From an uncultured cyanobacterium (GTDB lineage: Bacteria > Cyanobacteriota > Cyanobacteriia > Cyanobacteriales > Nostocaceae): a stretch of DNA of 64,000 nucleotides. Below, in pieces: positions 29,762-39,871 of this stretch. The stretch is from assembly GCA_963740315.1 (NCBI GenBank), contig CAVUDP010000004.1, forward strand, positions 416,001 to 480,000, read 5' to 3'. A model generated the notes under the pieces. That model was not told where the DNA came from. It ran no database searches and saw nothing but the letters and a program-made list of their open reading frames with translations. The translations under genes and the position numbers were made by a program. Every line of letters begins with the position of its first letter. Position 1 is the first letter of the stretch.

Positions 29762-30883
29762 GTGAATACCAACGCAAACATTACACAAACTAACTACTTT
29801 TTTTACACGCTGATTTTCTATACTATATTAATACTGTATCTCTTCCCTTACAGCATAGAAGTTCCCCATGCGAAGATATTTTTACCTTTGCTCTCAGGGA
29901 TTTTATTAGTGCAGCTTTTTTTCAATAAAACTCAACTATTAATTACAGATATTTTACTCGTATGCTCGATTTTGATCGTTACTTTTATTAATTTATCCAC
30001 ATATCATTTATTTAGATATAGCTTACCAATCTGCTTAATGCTTATCGGTTTTAGTGGTTGCCCGCAAATACGCATCAAACGAAACTATTTAGTTGGATTA
30101 TGCTGGCTAGCAACCGTAGCTTTAATCTATCAAATGGCAATATTTAGACGAGTAGAGTTTGATGGTAGTGCAAGAGTATCTTTAAGCAATGGCGATCCTA
30201 ACGTATCTGGTTTATTTATGCTGCTGTTCTTTTTCCTTTGTTGCAAAGCTAAATTTAAACCAGGAATTATTTTAGCCTTAGTATCTACCGTATTTTTCTT
30301 AAGTAGAAATTATTTTCTCAGCTTATCGATCTATTTAACAATAATTTTGTTTGAAAAAAAATTTATCAAGTTCGCTAGTCAAATAAATTTTACCGCTTTC
30401 TTTATTCTATCAAATCTTTTCGGATTTTTAATCGGAGAATACTTTTTAAACTTTGTAAAAATAGGTTATGCATACGATACAAGTGCAAGCCGTTTATTCT
30501 CTTTTAACGATACATCTAATTTAGCTAGATTTGAAGCAAACCGATTTTTAGTAACATCTTATCTGAATGATTGGACTATAGCGCTGAGGGGCTATGCTGG
30601 TAAATACGATGAGGTATTTAAAAGTGTTGGTTCATTAATTCATAATTCATTGTTAGAGGTAATTGCATATATCGGTATTCCTTTAGGATTTCTTTACTTC
30701 TGTGCTATTTTAAAAATAGTTGGTGGATACTATACTCCAAATAATTATAAGTTTATTTTTCCCTATTTGTTCTTTTGTTTATTCTTGCATAGCGGACTTC
30801 AAGGACTTACTCCTTTACTTTTCGTTAGTATTTTAGCAATGTCTGTGGAAGATAATAGAAAAAAGGTAATATCCCAATATTGA
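29762..30883 (+). CDS. multi-TM Wzy-like polymerase / O-antigen ligase-like protein
   Basis: about 10 TM helices, DPN, SR, HNS motifs; lies in a GT operon. Confidence 0.65.
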   Translation: MNTNANITQTNYFFYTLIFYTILILYLFPYSIEVPHAKIFLPLLSGILLVQLFFNKTQLLITDILLVCSILIVTFINLSTYHLFRYSLPICLMLIGFSGCPQIRIKRNYLVGLCWLATVALIYQMAIFRRVEFDGSARVSLSNGDPNVSGLFMLLFFFLCCKAKFKPGIILALVSTVFFLSRNYFLSLSIYLTIILFEKKFIKFASQINFTAFFILSNLFGFLIGEYFLNFVKIGYAYDTSASRLFSFNDTSNLARFEANRFLVTSYLNDWTIALRGYAGKYDEVFKSVGSLIHNSLLEVIAYIGIPLGFLYFCAILKIVGGYYTPNNYKFIFPYLFFCLFLHSGLQGLTPLLFVSILAMSVEDNRKKVISQY

Positions 30884-30889
30884 ATTTAA

Positions 30890-31060
30890 GGGGATGTTTG
30901 GAAAGCTGCTAATATAACTCGAAACTTTTCAGATCCCCCTAAATCCCCCTTATGAAAGGGGGACTTTAACCCCCCTTTTATAAGGGGGGAAGGGGGGATA
31001 ATCCGAGAGTTACGTTAAAAAAGATACTTTTCAAAACTCAAAACTCAAAACTCAAAACTC
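30890..31060. repeat. degenerate MITE-like element with CCCCCTT..AAGGGGG hairpins, ending in CAAAACT heptamers
   Basis: left end GGGGATGTTTGGAAAG resembles the TIR at 39394. Confidence 0.45.
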
Positions 31061-31079
31061 CTAATTTCTAACTAAAAGG

Positions 31080-31919
31080 ATGCAGACTAAAATATCGATA
31101 ATAACACCAAGCTTTAATTCCGAAAAAACTATTGAAAAGACGATTCTTAGCGTTATTAATCAAGAAACATCCATATTACAATATATCGTAGTTGATGGAG
31201 GTTCTACAGACAACACCTGTGAAATCATCAAAAAATATCTAAATAATATCGATATATTTATTTCAGAAGCAGATTTTGGAGCTTACGATGCAATGAACAA
31301 AGGCATCAAACTGGCTACCGGAGAGATTATCGGTATTATCAATTCCGATGATTGGTACCTAAAAGATGCAATCAAAAGAGTAGAGCAAGAATTCGATCGA
31401 CATCCAGAGATAGATATATTATATTCACCCATCGAAAACTATTACCAAGGTGAATATATTGCTACCTTTATTCCTGGTAAATTAGAAAAACTATCGATTC
31501 GGTTTACCATAAATCATCCATCTTGCTTTATCAAAAAATCGGCTTACATCGCAGCAGGTTTATATGACTTACAATACAAAATTGCAGCCGACTACGATTT
31601 AATTTTGCGTTTGTTTATTAACAATTTTAAATTTCATTCTATTGAAACTCCCTTAGCAGCATACTCTCTCAATGGAATGAGTTCATCACCCTTACCTTGG
31701 GATAGAGCAAAATTAATCCAAGAATGCTGGAAAATAAGTAGTAAAGCATCCGATATCCCAGAATCTAACAAACAACGAACAAAAGCTTATATAGGATGGA
31801 TTATCAACGAAATATTTGCATTACCAGTTAGGTATTTTTTGAAACCACCTACCGCACGCAAACTAAAAAGTTTGATTAAACAATATACTCAATCTGTATC
31901 TGAATATGGTAAATGGTAA
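31080..31919 (+). CDS. GT2 (WcaE-like)
   Basis: ISIITPSFN, DGGSTD, YDAMNKG, NSDD, HP, ADYD. Confidence 0.9.
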   Translation: MQTKISIITPSFNSEKTIEKTILSVINQETSILQYIVVDGGSTDNTCEIIKKYLNNIDIFISEADFGAYDAMNKGIKLATGEIIGIINSDDWYLKDAIKRVEQEFDRHPEIDILYSPIENYYQGEYIATFIPGKLEKLSIRFTINHPSCFIKKSAYIAAGLYDLQYKIAADYDLILRLFINNFKFHSIETPLAAYSLNGMSSSPLPWDRAKLIQECWKISSKASDIPESNKQRTKAYIGWIINEIFALPVRYFLKPPTARKLKSLIKQYTQSVSEYGKW

Positions 31920-33006
31920 TGTCTTATTTATTTCAGCCCATGCTCCGACTAATTTATATCCCCAAGCAGGGCAAAAGATAGCTTTGAATAATTTGGATAA
32001 ATATCATGCCGATAATTCAGTCGTTGATATTGTTGCGATCGCTAATAAAGCCGAAATAAATGCTGCTACCGATTTAAGAGGTAAATACAAAAACAATCTT
32101 TTTACTTATCCCCTTACTGTTGCAGACAAAATTATTAGCTGTTTAACTAATTTATCTATTCCTTTTAAATTTTCTACCCGCTATCAAGCAACAGTAGCTC
32201 AAAAAATCCAAGAGTTATTAGAAAAAAATACTTACGATATAATTCATTTTGAGTATTCCCACGCTGCGGTTTATCTCGATTTAATTAAAACTCGAATTAA
32301 CTCCGATCGTACTCGCACCGTAATTAGTATACATGATGTTGTGTCTCAATCTTTTTTAAGAAAATCTGAAAATAATCCTATATTAGGTGTGGAAGTAGCC
32401 AGAGTATTTAAATTTGAAAAAAAACTTTATTTTAATGTAAATGAATTATGGGTTTTATCTAAAAAAGACCGCGATATTCTCACATCTTTATTTACTATAC
32501 CAGAAAAAAAAATTATTATAAAACCTCCCAAACTAAGCGAATTTATATCTCAAGTCGAACGGAATGTAGATAAAATTGAAAAGAAAAGCTTGTTATTTTG
32601 GGCGGCAATGAATCGACCGGAAAACGAGCAAGCGGCTACGATATTTATTCAAAGATGCTTTAACAAACTGCTTAAAATAGACTCAGAATACAAACTTTAT
32701 ATAGTCGGTTCTAATCCTTCTGCAAAAATTAGCAAGCTTCAAGATAATAATATTATAGTCACTGGATTCGTAGAAGAACCCACACCATTTTTTGAAAAAG
32801 CAGAAATAGGGATTGTACCTTTAATTCAAGGTGCAGGTGTCAAATTAAAGACTTTAGAAATGCTTGCAGCAGGAATGCCCGTGATTTCTACTAACATCGG
32901 TGCTGAAGGAGTAGAATCATCCAATATATTTGTAAGCGATAATTTTGATGAGTGGATAAATATGATTATTAAATTGACGCAAAAAAATTCAAATAAATTA
33001 GAATAA
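31906..33006 (+). CDS. GT4-type glycosyltransferase
   Basis: TGFV, VPL..GAGVKLKTLE..A.G.PVIST.IGAEG. Confidence 0.85.
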   Translation: MVNGNVLFISAHAPTNLYPQAGQKIALNNLDKYHADNSVVDIVAIANKAEINAATDLRGKYKNNLFTYPLTVADKIISCLTNLSIPFKFSTRYQATVAQKIQELLEKNTYDIIHFEYSHAAVYLDLIKTRINSDRTRTVISIHDVVSQSFLRKSENNPILGVEVARVFKFEKKLYFNVNELWVLSKKDRDILTSLFTIPEKKIIIKPPKLSEFISQVERNVDKIEKKSLLFWAAMNRPENEQAATIFIQRCFNKLLKIDSEYKLYIVGSNPSAKISKLQDNNIIVTGFVEEPTPFFEKAEIGIVPLIQGAGVKLKTLEMLAAGMPVISTNIGAEGVESSNIFVSDNFDEWINMIIKLTQKNSNKLE

Positions 33007-33319
33007 TGTATATGGGATTTGCGATCGCATCGATTTAGAAAGCATAAGCTGGCTGCACTCATACTTTCGAGTTGACTACTCCCTTCTCGCTCAGCCGCGA
33101 TTACCGATACAATTTCTTCTCTTCCTACTCCCTACTCCCTACTCCCTTAAATAGGTAATCTTTCATCGGAATAGGAGTAATTTACGAAGGCGATCGCCAT
33201 TTCAGTTTCTCGCTTTAAGTTCAAAAAAAGAATAACTTGGCGAGAAATGATAAAAGAGACACATTTTAAGTTAGAATTAATAACTTGGTTTGATTTACCG
33301 GCAATATTTCTGCCTAAAT

Positions 33320-33799
33320 ATGGTTCGTTATACTATTGTTCAAAGTCCAGAAATCATCCTTACCGTTCCCGGCAAAGATTCCAGTAAAGCTCGTGACAAA
33401 GCAATGGATAAGCTAATGGAAATTATGGAAGCGGGTGATTTACCTACCGAACTCGAAGAAGGATTTAGTCCTCAACAATTAATTGAAGTGAAAGAACCGT
33501 CGATGAATACTTCTAACGGTGAAGATAAGATTGTAGAAGCAGTTCAACTTTTGAGCAATCTTGCCACTATGAAGCTTAAAGTTCAAGAAACACGCACTGA
33601 AGCTTTAGAAGTTCGCAAGCTAGTTGATATTCTTTTTTCAGATCAATCTGTCAGCGAGGAAGAAATTTCTAGCCTCAAAGAAGGTTTTAAAGCTCTGAAA
33701 AATTTTGCTCAAGCTAATCTACGCTATAAAGATGCGCGGGAGAAAGCAGAAGAAGCTCGTCAAGTACTAGATCAAGCTTTGAAGTCTCCAGATAATTAG
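33320..33799 (+). CDS. conserved cyanobacterial hypothetical protein
   Basis: ATG at 33320 preferred over TTG at 33290; PE..L.VPGKDS.KAR.KAM. Confidence 0.7.
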   Translation: MVRYTIVQSPEIILTVPGKDSSKARDKAMDKLMEIMEAGDLPTELEEGFSPQQLIEVKEPSMNTSNGEDKIVEAVQLLSNLATMKLKVQETRTEALEVRKLVDILFSDQSVSEEEISSLKEGFKALKNFAQANLRYKDAREKAEEARQVLDQALKSPDN

Positions 33800-33851
33800 C
33801 TTGGTATAACTTGAAATAAATTCCAGAGTTAGGAATTTTATTCCCAATTCC

Positions 33852-33882
33852 TGTACAGACGTAGCATTGCTACGTCTCTACA
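33852..33882. repeat. palindromic SDR copy 3 between convergent genes
   Basis: TGTACAGACGTAGCATTGCTACGTCTCTACA. Confidence 0.8.
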
Positions 33883-33895
33883 ACTTCCAACTTAT

Positions 33896-36089
33896 TTAAC
33901 GCACTTTAATTTTACTTGCTGAAGAATTTTCAGACTCAACTGCATCATCTGCACTAATTCTTTCTTTGCTAACCTTGTAATACTGTTGATAATTACTCTG
34001 AGAAATAGGTGTGGACTCTTTAGATTTATTCGCTACCAAACCTAAAATAGGAGTTCCACTAACTTGAAGTTCTTCTAATGCTTGAGCGAATGCAGTGCGT
34101 TTCAATTTACCTAAACCGGCTACCAACATCATGCCATTAGTATTAGCAGCCAACAAGTTAGCATCCGCAAAACCAACTATAGGCGTAGTGTCATAGATAA
34201 CTAAATCGAAACTACTATGCAGTTCGTTCATTAAGTCTTGCATTTTTACGGATGCCAGCAATCTGGTAGAGTCTGGTGGGATGGGACCAGCAGCCATAAC
34301 ATACAAGTTGTTTTCAAGTGGTGAGCGTTCAATCACATTGCTCCATTCCAAATCAGAGGAAATCACATCAGTTAACCCCTGAATATTCATTAATCCTACA
34401 CGCTTATGTATAGTAGGGCAGCGAAGATTTGCATCTACTAATAATACCCGTTGTCCCATTGCAGCAGCCGCTAAAGCTAACTGTATGGCAACAGTAGTCT
34501 TACCATCTTCTGGTGTAGCCGAACTAACCACAAGCGAACTAATTGGCGTATCCGAACCCAAAAGCAGAATATTGGTGTAAAGAGAGCGAAAAACCTCAAA
34601 AAAGGCAGCGCGAGTTGTTTGATGAACCCCACTAGCTGCTCCATCTTGCTTAGCGCTAACTGCAAGTTCTTTTCTAAAAGGAACTACACCTAATAATGGT
34701 AATCTGGTAGTATCTTTCAAATCTTTAGAAGTGTAGAAAATATTGCTCAACTTGTCTACAAGCAAAGCAGCTCCTACTCCCAAAAGTAAGCCTAAAGCAC
34801 TACCCAGACCCAAGTAAATTTTTGCGCTGTTGGAAACAGCTTCGGGTTTGTTTACTAAAACAAGCTGTGGATCGAGTAATTTCCAGGGTTGTAGCTTTTG
34901 AGCTTTCTCAATTTGGAGTGATTGTTCTTTAGATAAAAATTGATTCAACGCTTCAGTAGCAATTTCTAATTCACGCTGAATATTTTCATAATCGCGGGTA
35001 ACAGTTGCCAGATTTCTCAGATATGTATTGAGATTGTCTACTTTCTCACCTAAAGATAAATCCCGCGCTCGCAAAGTCTGAATACGGTTTTGAAAATCTT
35101 TTTGAACTCGTTCCTCTTCAACATTTAGCATCGGGAGTAAATTGGCTTTTTTATCCCGTAAAGTCTGCATAGTTGGATTATCATCTGTTAATATTGCAGA
35201 CTGTGTTTTAATCTCAATTTCCAGTTGTTGAATTTGGTCAAGTATTTTTTGGTAGCGGGAATTATCACTCAATATCGAATTGGCTGCTCTTTCTCCGGGT
35301 TTCTGCGCTAACTCCTTTTGCAATTCCTGATACTGAGCTAACATTTGTTCGAGTTCAACTCGATTGTTTATTCGCTCTTGAGCTAAAGTACCAATTTGAG
35401 AAGATACCTGACTCGCTTTTTGTGACGGATTCGATCAAGTTGTTAGCTCGTCGAAGCGTTCGGAGCTTATTTTGCCAATCTAAAACCTGTTGTTTAAGCC
35501 CGCCTTGATTAATTCTTTCTCGAACAAACTTGATTGCTTGATTGATATCAGCCTGCTGTTCCGTTAGACTGTATTCCAGATAAGCATCAGCAACTTCATC
35601 CAATACATCAGTAACTACCTGCTTGTTTGGATCTGTATATGCGACTGTAAGAATTTCTGGTTGTTGGGATACTATTGTTAACCGCTCTGTGATTGATTTG
35701 TAATCTAGTTCTGGATATTTTGTCTGAAGCTTTTGTATAACTGGATCTAGTACTCGCGGACTAGTTAAAACTTTGATGTTAGTCTCGACTGATTCTGGAA
35801 CTGAGACATTTCCTTCACCTCCTAAGGCTTGAGGAAGATTAGCTACGGCTTTTCCCTCACCAGTCACGGATTCAGTTAAAATTTCAAACTGCCCTTCATA
35901 TACCGGAGGATCTGCTTCTGCCTTCAAAACTGCTGCGGTTGCGACTACACCTGTTATACCTGCAATCAACAACGCTCGGCGGCGCAGGGCAGCTCCAAGT
36001 TTACCTAAATTTACTTCATCATCATCGTTATTTAACCGGGCAGCATTAGTTCGTGAGAGTTGATAAGGATATTTCTCTGACTTCAGCAT
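33896..36089 (-). pseudogene. wzc: second Wzc/GumC, split by a +1 frameshift near 35430 (pseudogene or sequencing error)
   Basis: 244-aa N-half plus 482-aa C-half; removing one base gives LI(D/E)PSQKASQVSSQIGTLAQERINNRVELEQMLAQ and a 730-aa protein with DGKTT and Tyr cluster. Confidence 0.85.
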
Positions 36090-36506
36090 AGCTTTGGTAC
36101 ACTCTTCTTACTTGTATTACTTATACAGTTTCGTGCTTTGATTCAATCTTGGAATCAATAGTTTGGTTTCCCCTACTACCGAACGCAGGCGACGCACCCA
36201 GAAAATCTCTAAAAAATCCCAATCTTTTTTCTAAGAGAGTAAAGTATTACCGAAACCCACCCTGTCTTAAATACTTAATATACTGATAAATATGAAGCGA
36301 TGCACTACATATAGGGTAACATTACGCAAAATAATTATGTAGTTTATTTATATCTTGGTCAAAATACAATCAAATTTGCCTTCGTTCCTAAATTACTTTA
36401 TACCTAGACATAAATACTTACAATCTTAGGCTTAAGACTCGATTTCTAACTTTAAATGGTGTTGTGTAATAATTTTTATCTATTTATTGTTGTTAATCAT
36501 TGTACT

Positions 36507-36535
36507 TCTACTGATTTATATTAGACTTTTCCGGA
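36507..36535 (-). promoter_or_regulatory. DIF1-type promoter TCCGGA-N18-GTAGA facing wzc
   Basis: TCCGGA 36530-36535; GTAGA on minus strand at 36511-36507. Confidence 0.6.
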
Positions 36536-37057
36536 CAAATGCGAGTGTAAATATTTGACTTTCTTTTTACAGGCATACTAACTTACATTTGTATAATATT
36601 TTACGTCACTTTTTAATTCAACCCTACAGAAGAACCAGTAATTATTGTTGCGGTAAAAGCTATGTAATAACAACTGTCTGATATTACATTATCGTAAAGA
36701 TTACTTAAAGAATTACTGTTATGAATCAACTTTCTTTTAAGGGATAGTAAAGTAAAGAGCAAAAACAGTTAAATATATAGAAACATATAGATTAATACAA
36801 ATATTGCTTGATATTGCCCTTAGTCTGTTGACTTTGGCTGTTTTCTGCGAATTTTCCGAAATTTTTTTTATTTGGCTTTCGCTGTGTAAAGATACGATAC
36901 GCGATCGCGAATCCCCAAGATACTGCTATAAAGAAAAAATTTAAATCTTTATGCATTCTTATAGTAGAATGCATTCTTTAATGTAGCTAAAGCGCATATT
37001 CCCAGCTTTCCAGGACATTCAACGCTTTAATCTGCATAAGTTTTGACTTTAAATAAA

Positions 37058-37129
37058 CTGGGGCGCTAGGATTCGAACCTAGGAATGGCGAGACCAAAAC
37101 CCGCTGCCTTACCACTTGGCGACGCCCCA
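37058..37129 (-). tRNA. trnQ: tRNA-Gln (TTG)
   Basis: TGGGGCG/CGCCCCA acceptor, anticodon loop TTTTGGT, GGTTCGAATCC T arm; CCA not encoded. Confidence 0.97.
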
Positions 37130-37326
37130 ACAAGGCACGTTTATAAATATAGCTGCGGACAGTCGATTATGTCAAGTACCTTCATAACTCAATTTTAAAA
37201 TTAAAGCATTTTTCTGGCAAATCGAGAAAAATATACTTGGGTAGAAGGTTGGAAACACTATAATTGTGTTGCAAATAGCAAAATTTTTACAAAAACCAAA
37301 TTGGCTGTCACAATTTTAGCTTTCGT

Positions 37327-37677
37327 ATGTCATATTACATTGTCCGATATATTATGTCTTATAGCAGGTCAGGCATCAACCTCAGCAGTATCTTTGTATC
37401 AATAGTTCAATTTTTATCAAATAAACTAAAACAGCAAAAACACAAGATTCATGACTATACTCGTGCAGAATACGGAAAAGACTACATATTTGAATCCGCC
37501 GCACATAACTACACCCAGGGCTATATGACAGCGCGAGGTAAAGGCGTTAAATGCGGAGATTATATCATATTTAAAAAATATAAAGAAGCTTATCGCTATC
37601 AAGTCAAAGAAATCGATTATTATTCAAATCCGCCCGATATGTGGATGGCTTTACTTCAGAAAATAACTGACAGCTAA
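37327..37677 (+). CDS. small hypothetical protein (start uncertain)
   Basis: HDYT..YG.DY.FE, GYMT..G.G...GDYI, YY.NP.DMW.ALL. Confidence 0.7.
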   Translation: MSYYIVRYIMSYSRSGINLSSIFVSIVQFLSNKLKQQKHKIHDYTRAEYGKDYIFESAAHNYTQGYMTARGKGVKCGDYIIFKKYKEAYRYQVKEIDYYSNPPDMWMALLQKITDS

Positions 37678-37802
37678 TTTTAATTAAAATTTAATTTGAG
37701 TCCGAGCAGTTTAATACAGAACAAGCTTTATAGTTATTTTTATCTAAAGTCCAATTATTAACTATCCTTATAAGCTTAAGTTGATTGAAAATTTAATGTC
37801 AT

Positions 37803-37830
37803 TCCGGAAAATCTCTGAGTTTTTTGTAGT
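37803..37830 (+). promoter_or_regulatory. DIF1-type promoter TCCGGA-N17-GTAGT
   Basis: TCCGGA 37803-37808, GTAGT 37826-37830, upstream of 38233. Confidence 0.5.
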
Positions 37831-38232
37831 TATATAGGAATGCTTTTATACTTTGCGTCAAAAAAAAACTGACGTAAGTAGACGAACTCTTTTTTTTTTA
37901 ATTCTTGCATAACTATTTACTGACTGCTATAGATATTACTAAAAATTCATTATTTTTTTGTTTTAGTAATCATTTCCTATTGATAATTAATACCTAAACT
38001 TAATATACGATCGCTCTATAAATTCAAATAATAATAGTACTTCTAAAGCAAAAATAAAAATTTTTAATATTATAAATAAATAATATACCTTATACCAAAT
38101 AGAAAAGGTTACAAATGATAATTTAGATATAAGTAGAGGTGAAGCGGTTAAGTTCCAATATTCTGGGTGTTTTTACCAAATCTGGCGGTATTCTTCCCAA
38201 CGATTAACCTAGACAATTATTGGTACTTTTAA

Positions 38233-39204
38233 ATGTTCAACCAAGCTTATCGTCGTAATAGAAAGTTGCTTTTCAAAAGTTTAATAATGGGTAGTGGCAT
38301 AACAATACACCCTTATTACAGAAGAGCAGTGAAAAGCCCTGCATGGCTATTAATGTATATCTTTGGTCGTTTCTCGATATTCCGTTCACTTGCAAAATTG
38401 TGTTACAAAAACCCCGAAAAACAGAAACATGATTTAAGCTCTTCTGTTTTTAAATCTCTTGATACAGAAGTGATTACACAAAATCTGAGAAATGATGGTT
38501 TTTGGGGAGGTATAAAATTACCCGAACACATCTTACAAGCGATACTCAAATTTACTGCAACTACGGAATGCTACGCTAATTCACGCCCCGATCTTGGGTT
38601 CAAAATTTCCCAAAAAAACCAAGCAGAACAAAAGTGTCAAGTTCTCTTCAATCAAGCTCAATACTTGAAAGCTGGTACGCTATGTCCTGCAATCCAAGAA
38701 TTAGGCAACGATCCAATGTTGTTAGAAATAGCGAATAAATATCTAGGTACAAAAGCTATTTTGACAGGAACTCGACTTTGGTGGATATTTCCAGTCGATG
38801 AAGAATTCTACAACCCTATGCAAATAGCTAGCTTTTTCCACTATGATATGGATGATTATCATTCCGTGAGATTCTTTTTCTACTTAACAGATGTGGATCT
38901 TAATAGCGGTCCTCATATTTTTGTTCGTGGAAGTCACAAAAAAAAGAGGTTCACTAATTTACTTTCTCCATTTAGGTGGCGCAGTGATGAAGATATAGCT
39001 AGCTATTATGGTGAAGAGAATATAGTAACTATTTGCGGAGAAGCTGGCTTTGGATTTGTAGAAGATACATTTTCTTATCACAAGGCTACTCGTCCAACAG
39101 GAAAAAGGCGTTTGATACTACAACTGCAATATACTGCGAACGACTTTGGAGTTCATCAAGACACTATGGATGCTTCCGAACTAAAAAATATACTTGATAC
39201 CTGA
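38233..39204 (+). CDS. PhyH-like Fe(II)/2-oxoglutarate oxygenase
   Basis: HxD (FHYDMD), FFYLTDV...GPH..V.GSH, distal His (YHKA), Arg in RRLILQ. Confidence 0.75.
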   Translation: MFNQAYRRNRKLLFKSLIMGSGITIHPYYRRAVKSPAWLLMYIFGRFSIFRSLAKLCYKNPEKQKHDLSSSVFKSLDTEVITQNLRNDGFWGGIKLPEHILQAILKFTATTECYANSRPDLGFKISQKNQAEQKCQVLFNQAQYLKAGTLCPAIQELGNDPMLLEIANKYLGTKAILTGTRLWWIFPVDEEFYNPMQIASFFHYDMDDYHSVRFFFYLTDVDLNSGPHIFVRGSHKKKRFTNLLSPFRWRSDEDIASYYGEENIVTICGEAGFGFVEDTFSYHKATRPTGKRRLILQLQYTANDFGVHQDTMDASELKNILDT

Positions 39205-39393
39205 GCTAGACTTAATCCAGAATTAACAACTTGCTTCTAGAACACAAACTCTAACCATGAAGGCAAAAACTTTTTCCACATCACTGGTAAACACACAGTA
39301 ATAGAAAAAGTAAAACTACCGCTTCACCTTCATCATGGTTAACTTAGGCTCAAGCAGGAACATCGCCTTACTAGAGTGTGGATATCGAGCTAA

Positions 39394-39578
39394 GAGGATG
39401 TCTTAAAAGTACAGAAGTATAGGCTCAATCTTTTCTGATTCTCGATAAAAATTTAATTTTTGCGAGCAAATTAAAAGTGAGCTTTTTAAGTATGTCTCAC
39501 GAGTCAGTGTTGTAGAGCAACGGTAAGCAGTTAAGACTCTGTGCTGATGTTGCATCAAATACTTCTGAAGACATCCTC
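39394..39578. mobile_element. 185-bp MITE with TIR GAGGATGTCTT and TAA target duplication
   Basis: TAA|GAGGATGTCTT...AAGACATCCTC|TAA. Confidence 0.75.
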
Positions 39579-39871
39579 TAAAAGAGGAGAATATTTTGGG
39601 AAACTCAAACTAAACAAAAATACAGTTGTAGAAATCGAAGCATAACCGCGTTGTCCCTTCAGTACGAAGCTACGTTAAAGATTTGGTAAAAATATTTGAA
39701 ATACTTGCTCCTTTTTTTCTCTTCTAAGACTATTTAATTATCATGAATTTGTACGGAAGAGCTACCTAGTTTTTTTCTTATGTTATGTATATAATAAATT
39801 CCTACCCCAATCAATATCAATTCAACTGACAGTTCTCTCCTAATACTGTTTTTTTTATTTATACAACTTCT

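Noticed and set aside
37058..37129. tRNA-Gln as integration site of a genomic island
   Set aside because: No duplicated tRNA 3' end or integrase seen in the window
38137..39329. 12-bp inverted repeat AGGTGAAGCGGT flanking the oxygenase gene
   Set aside because: Short, no target duplication or recombinase; may be chance
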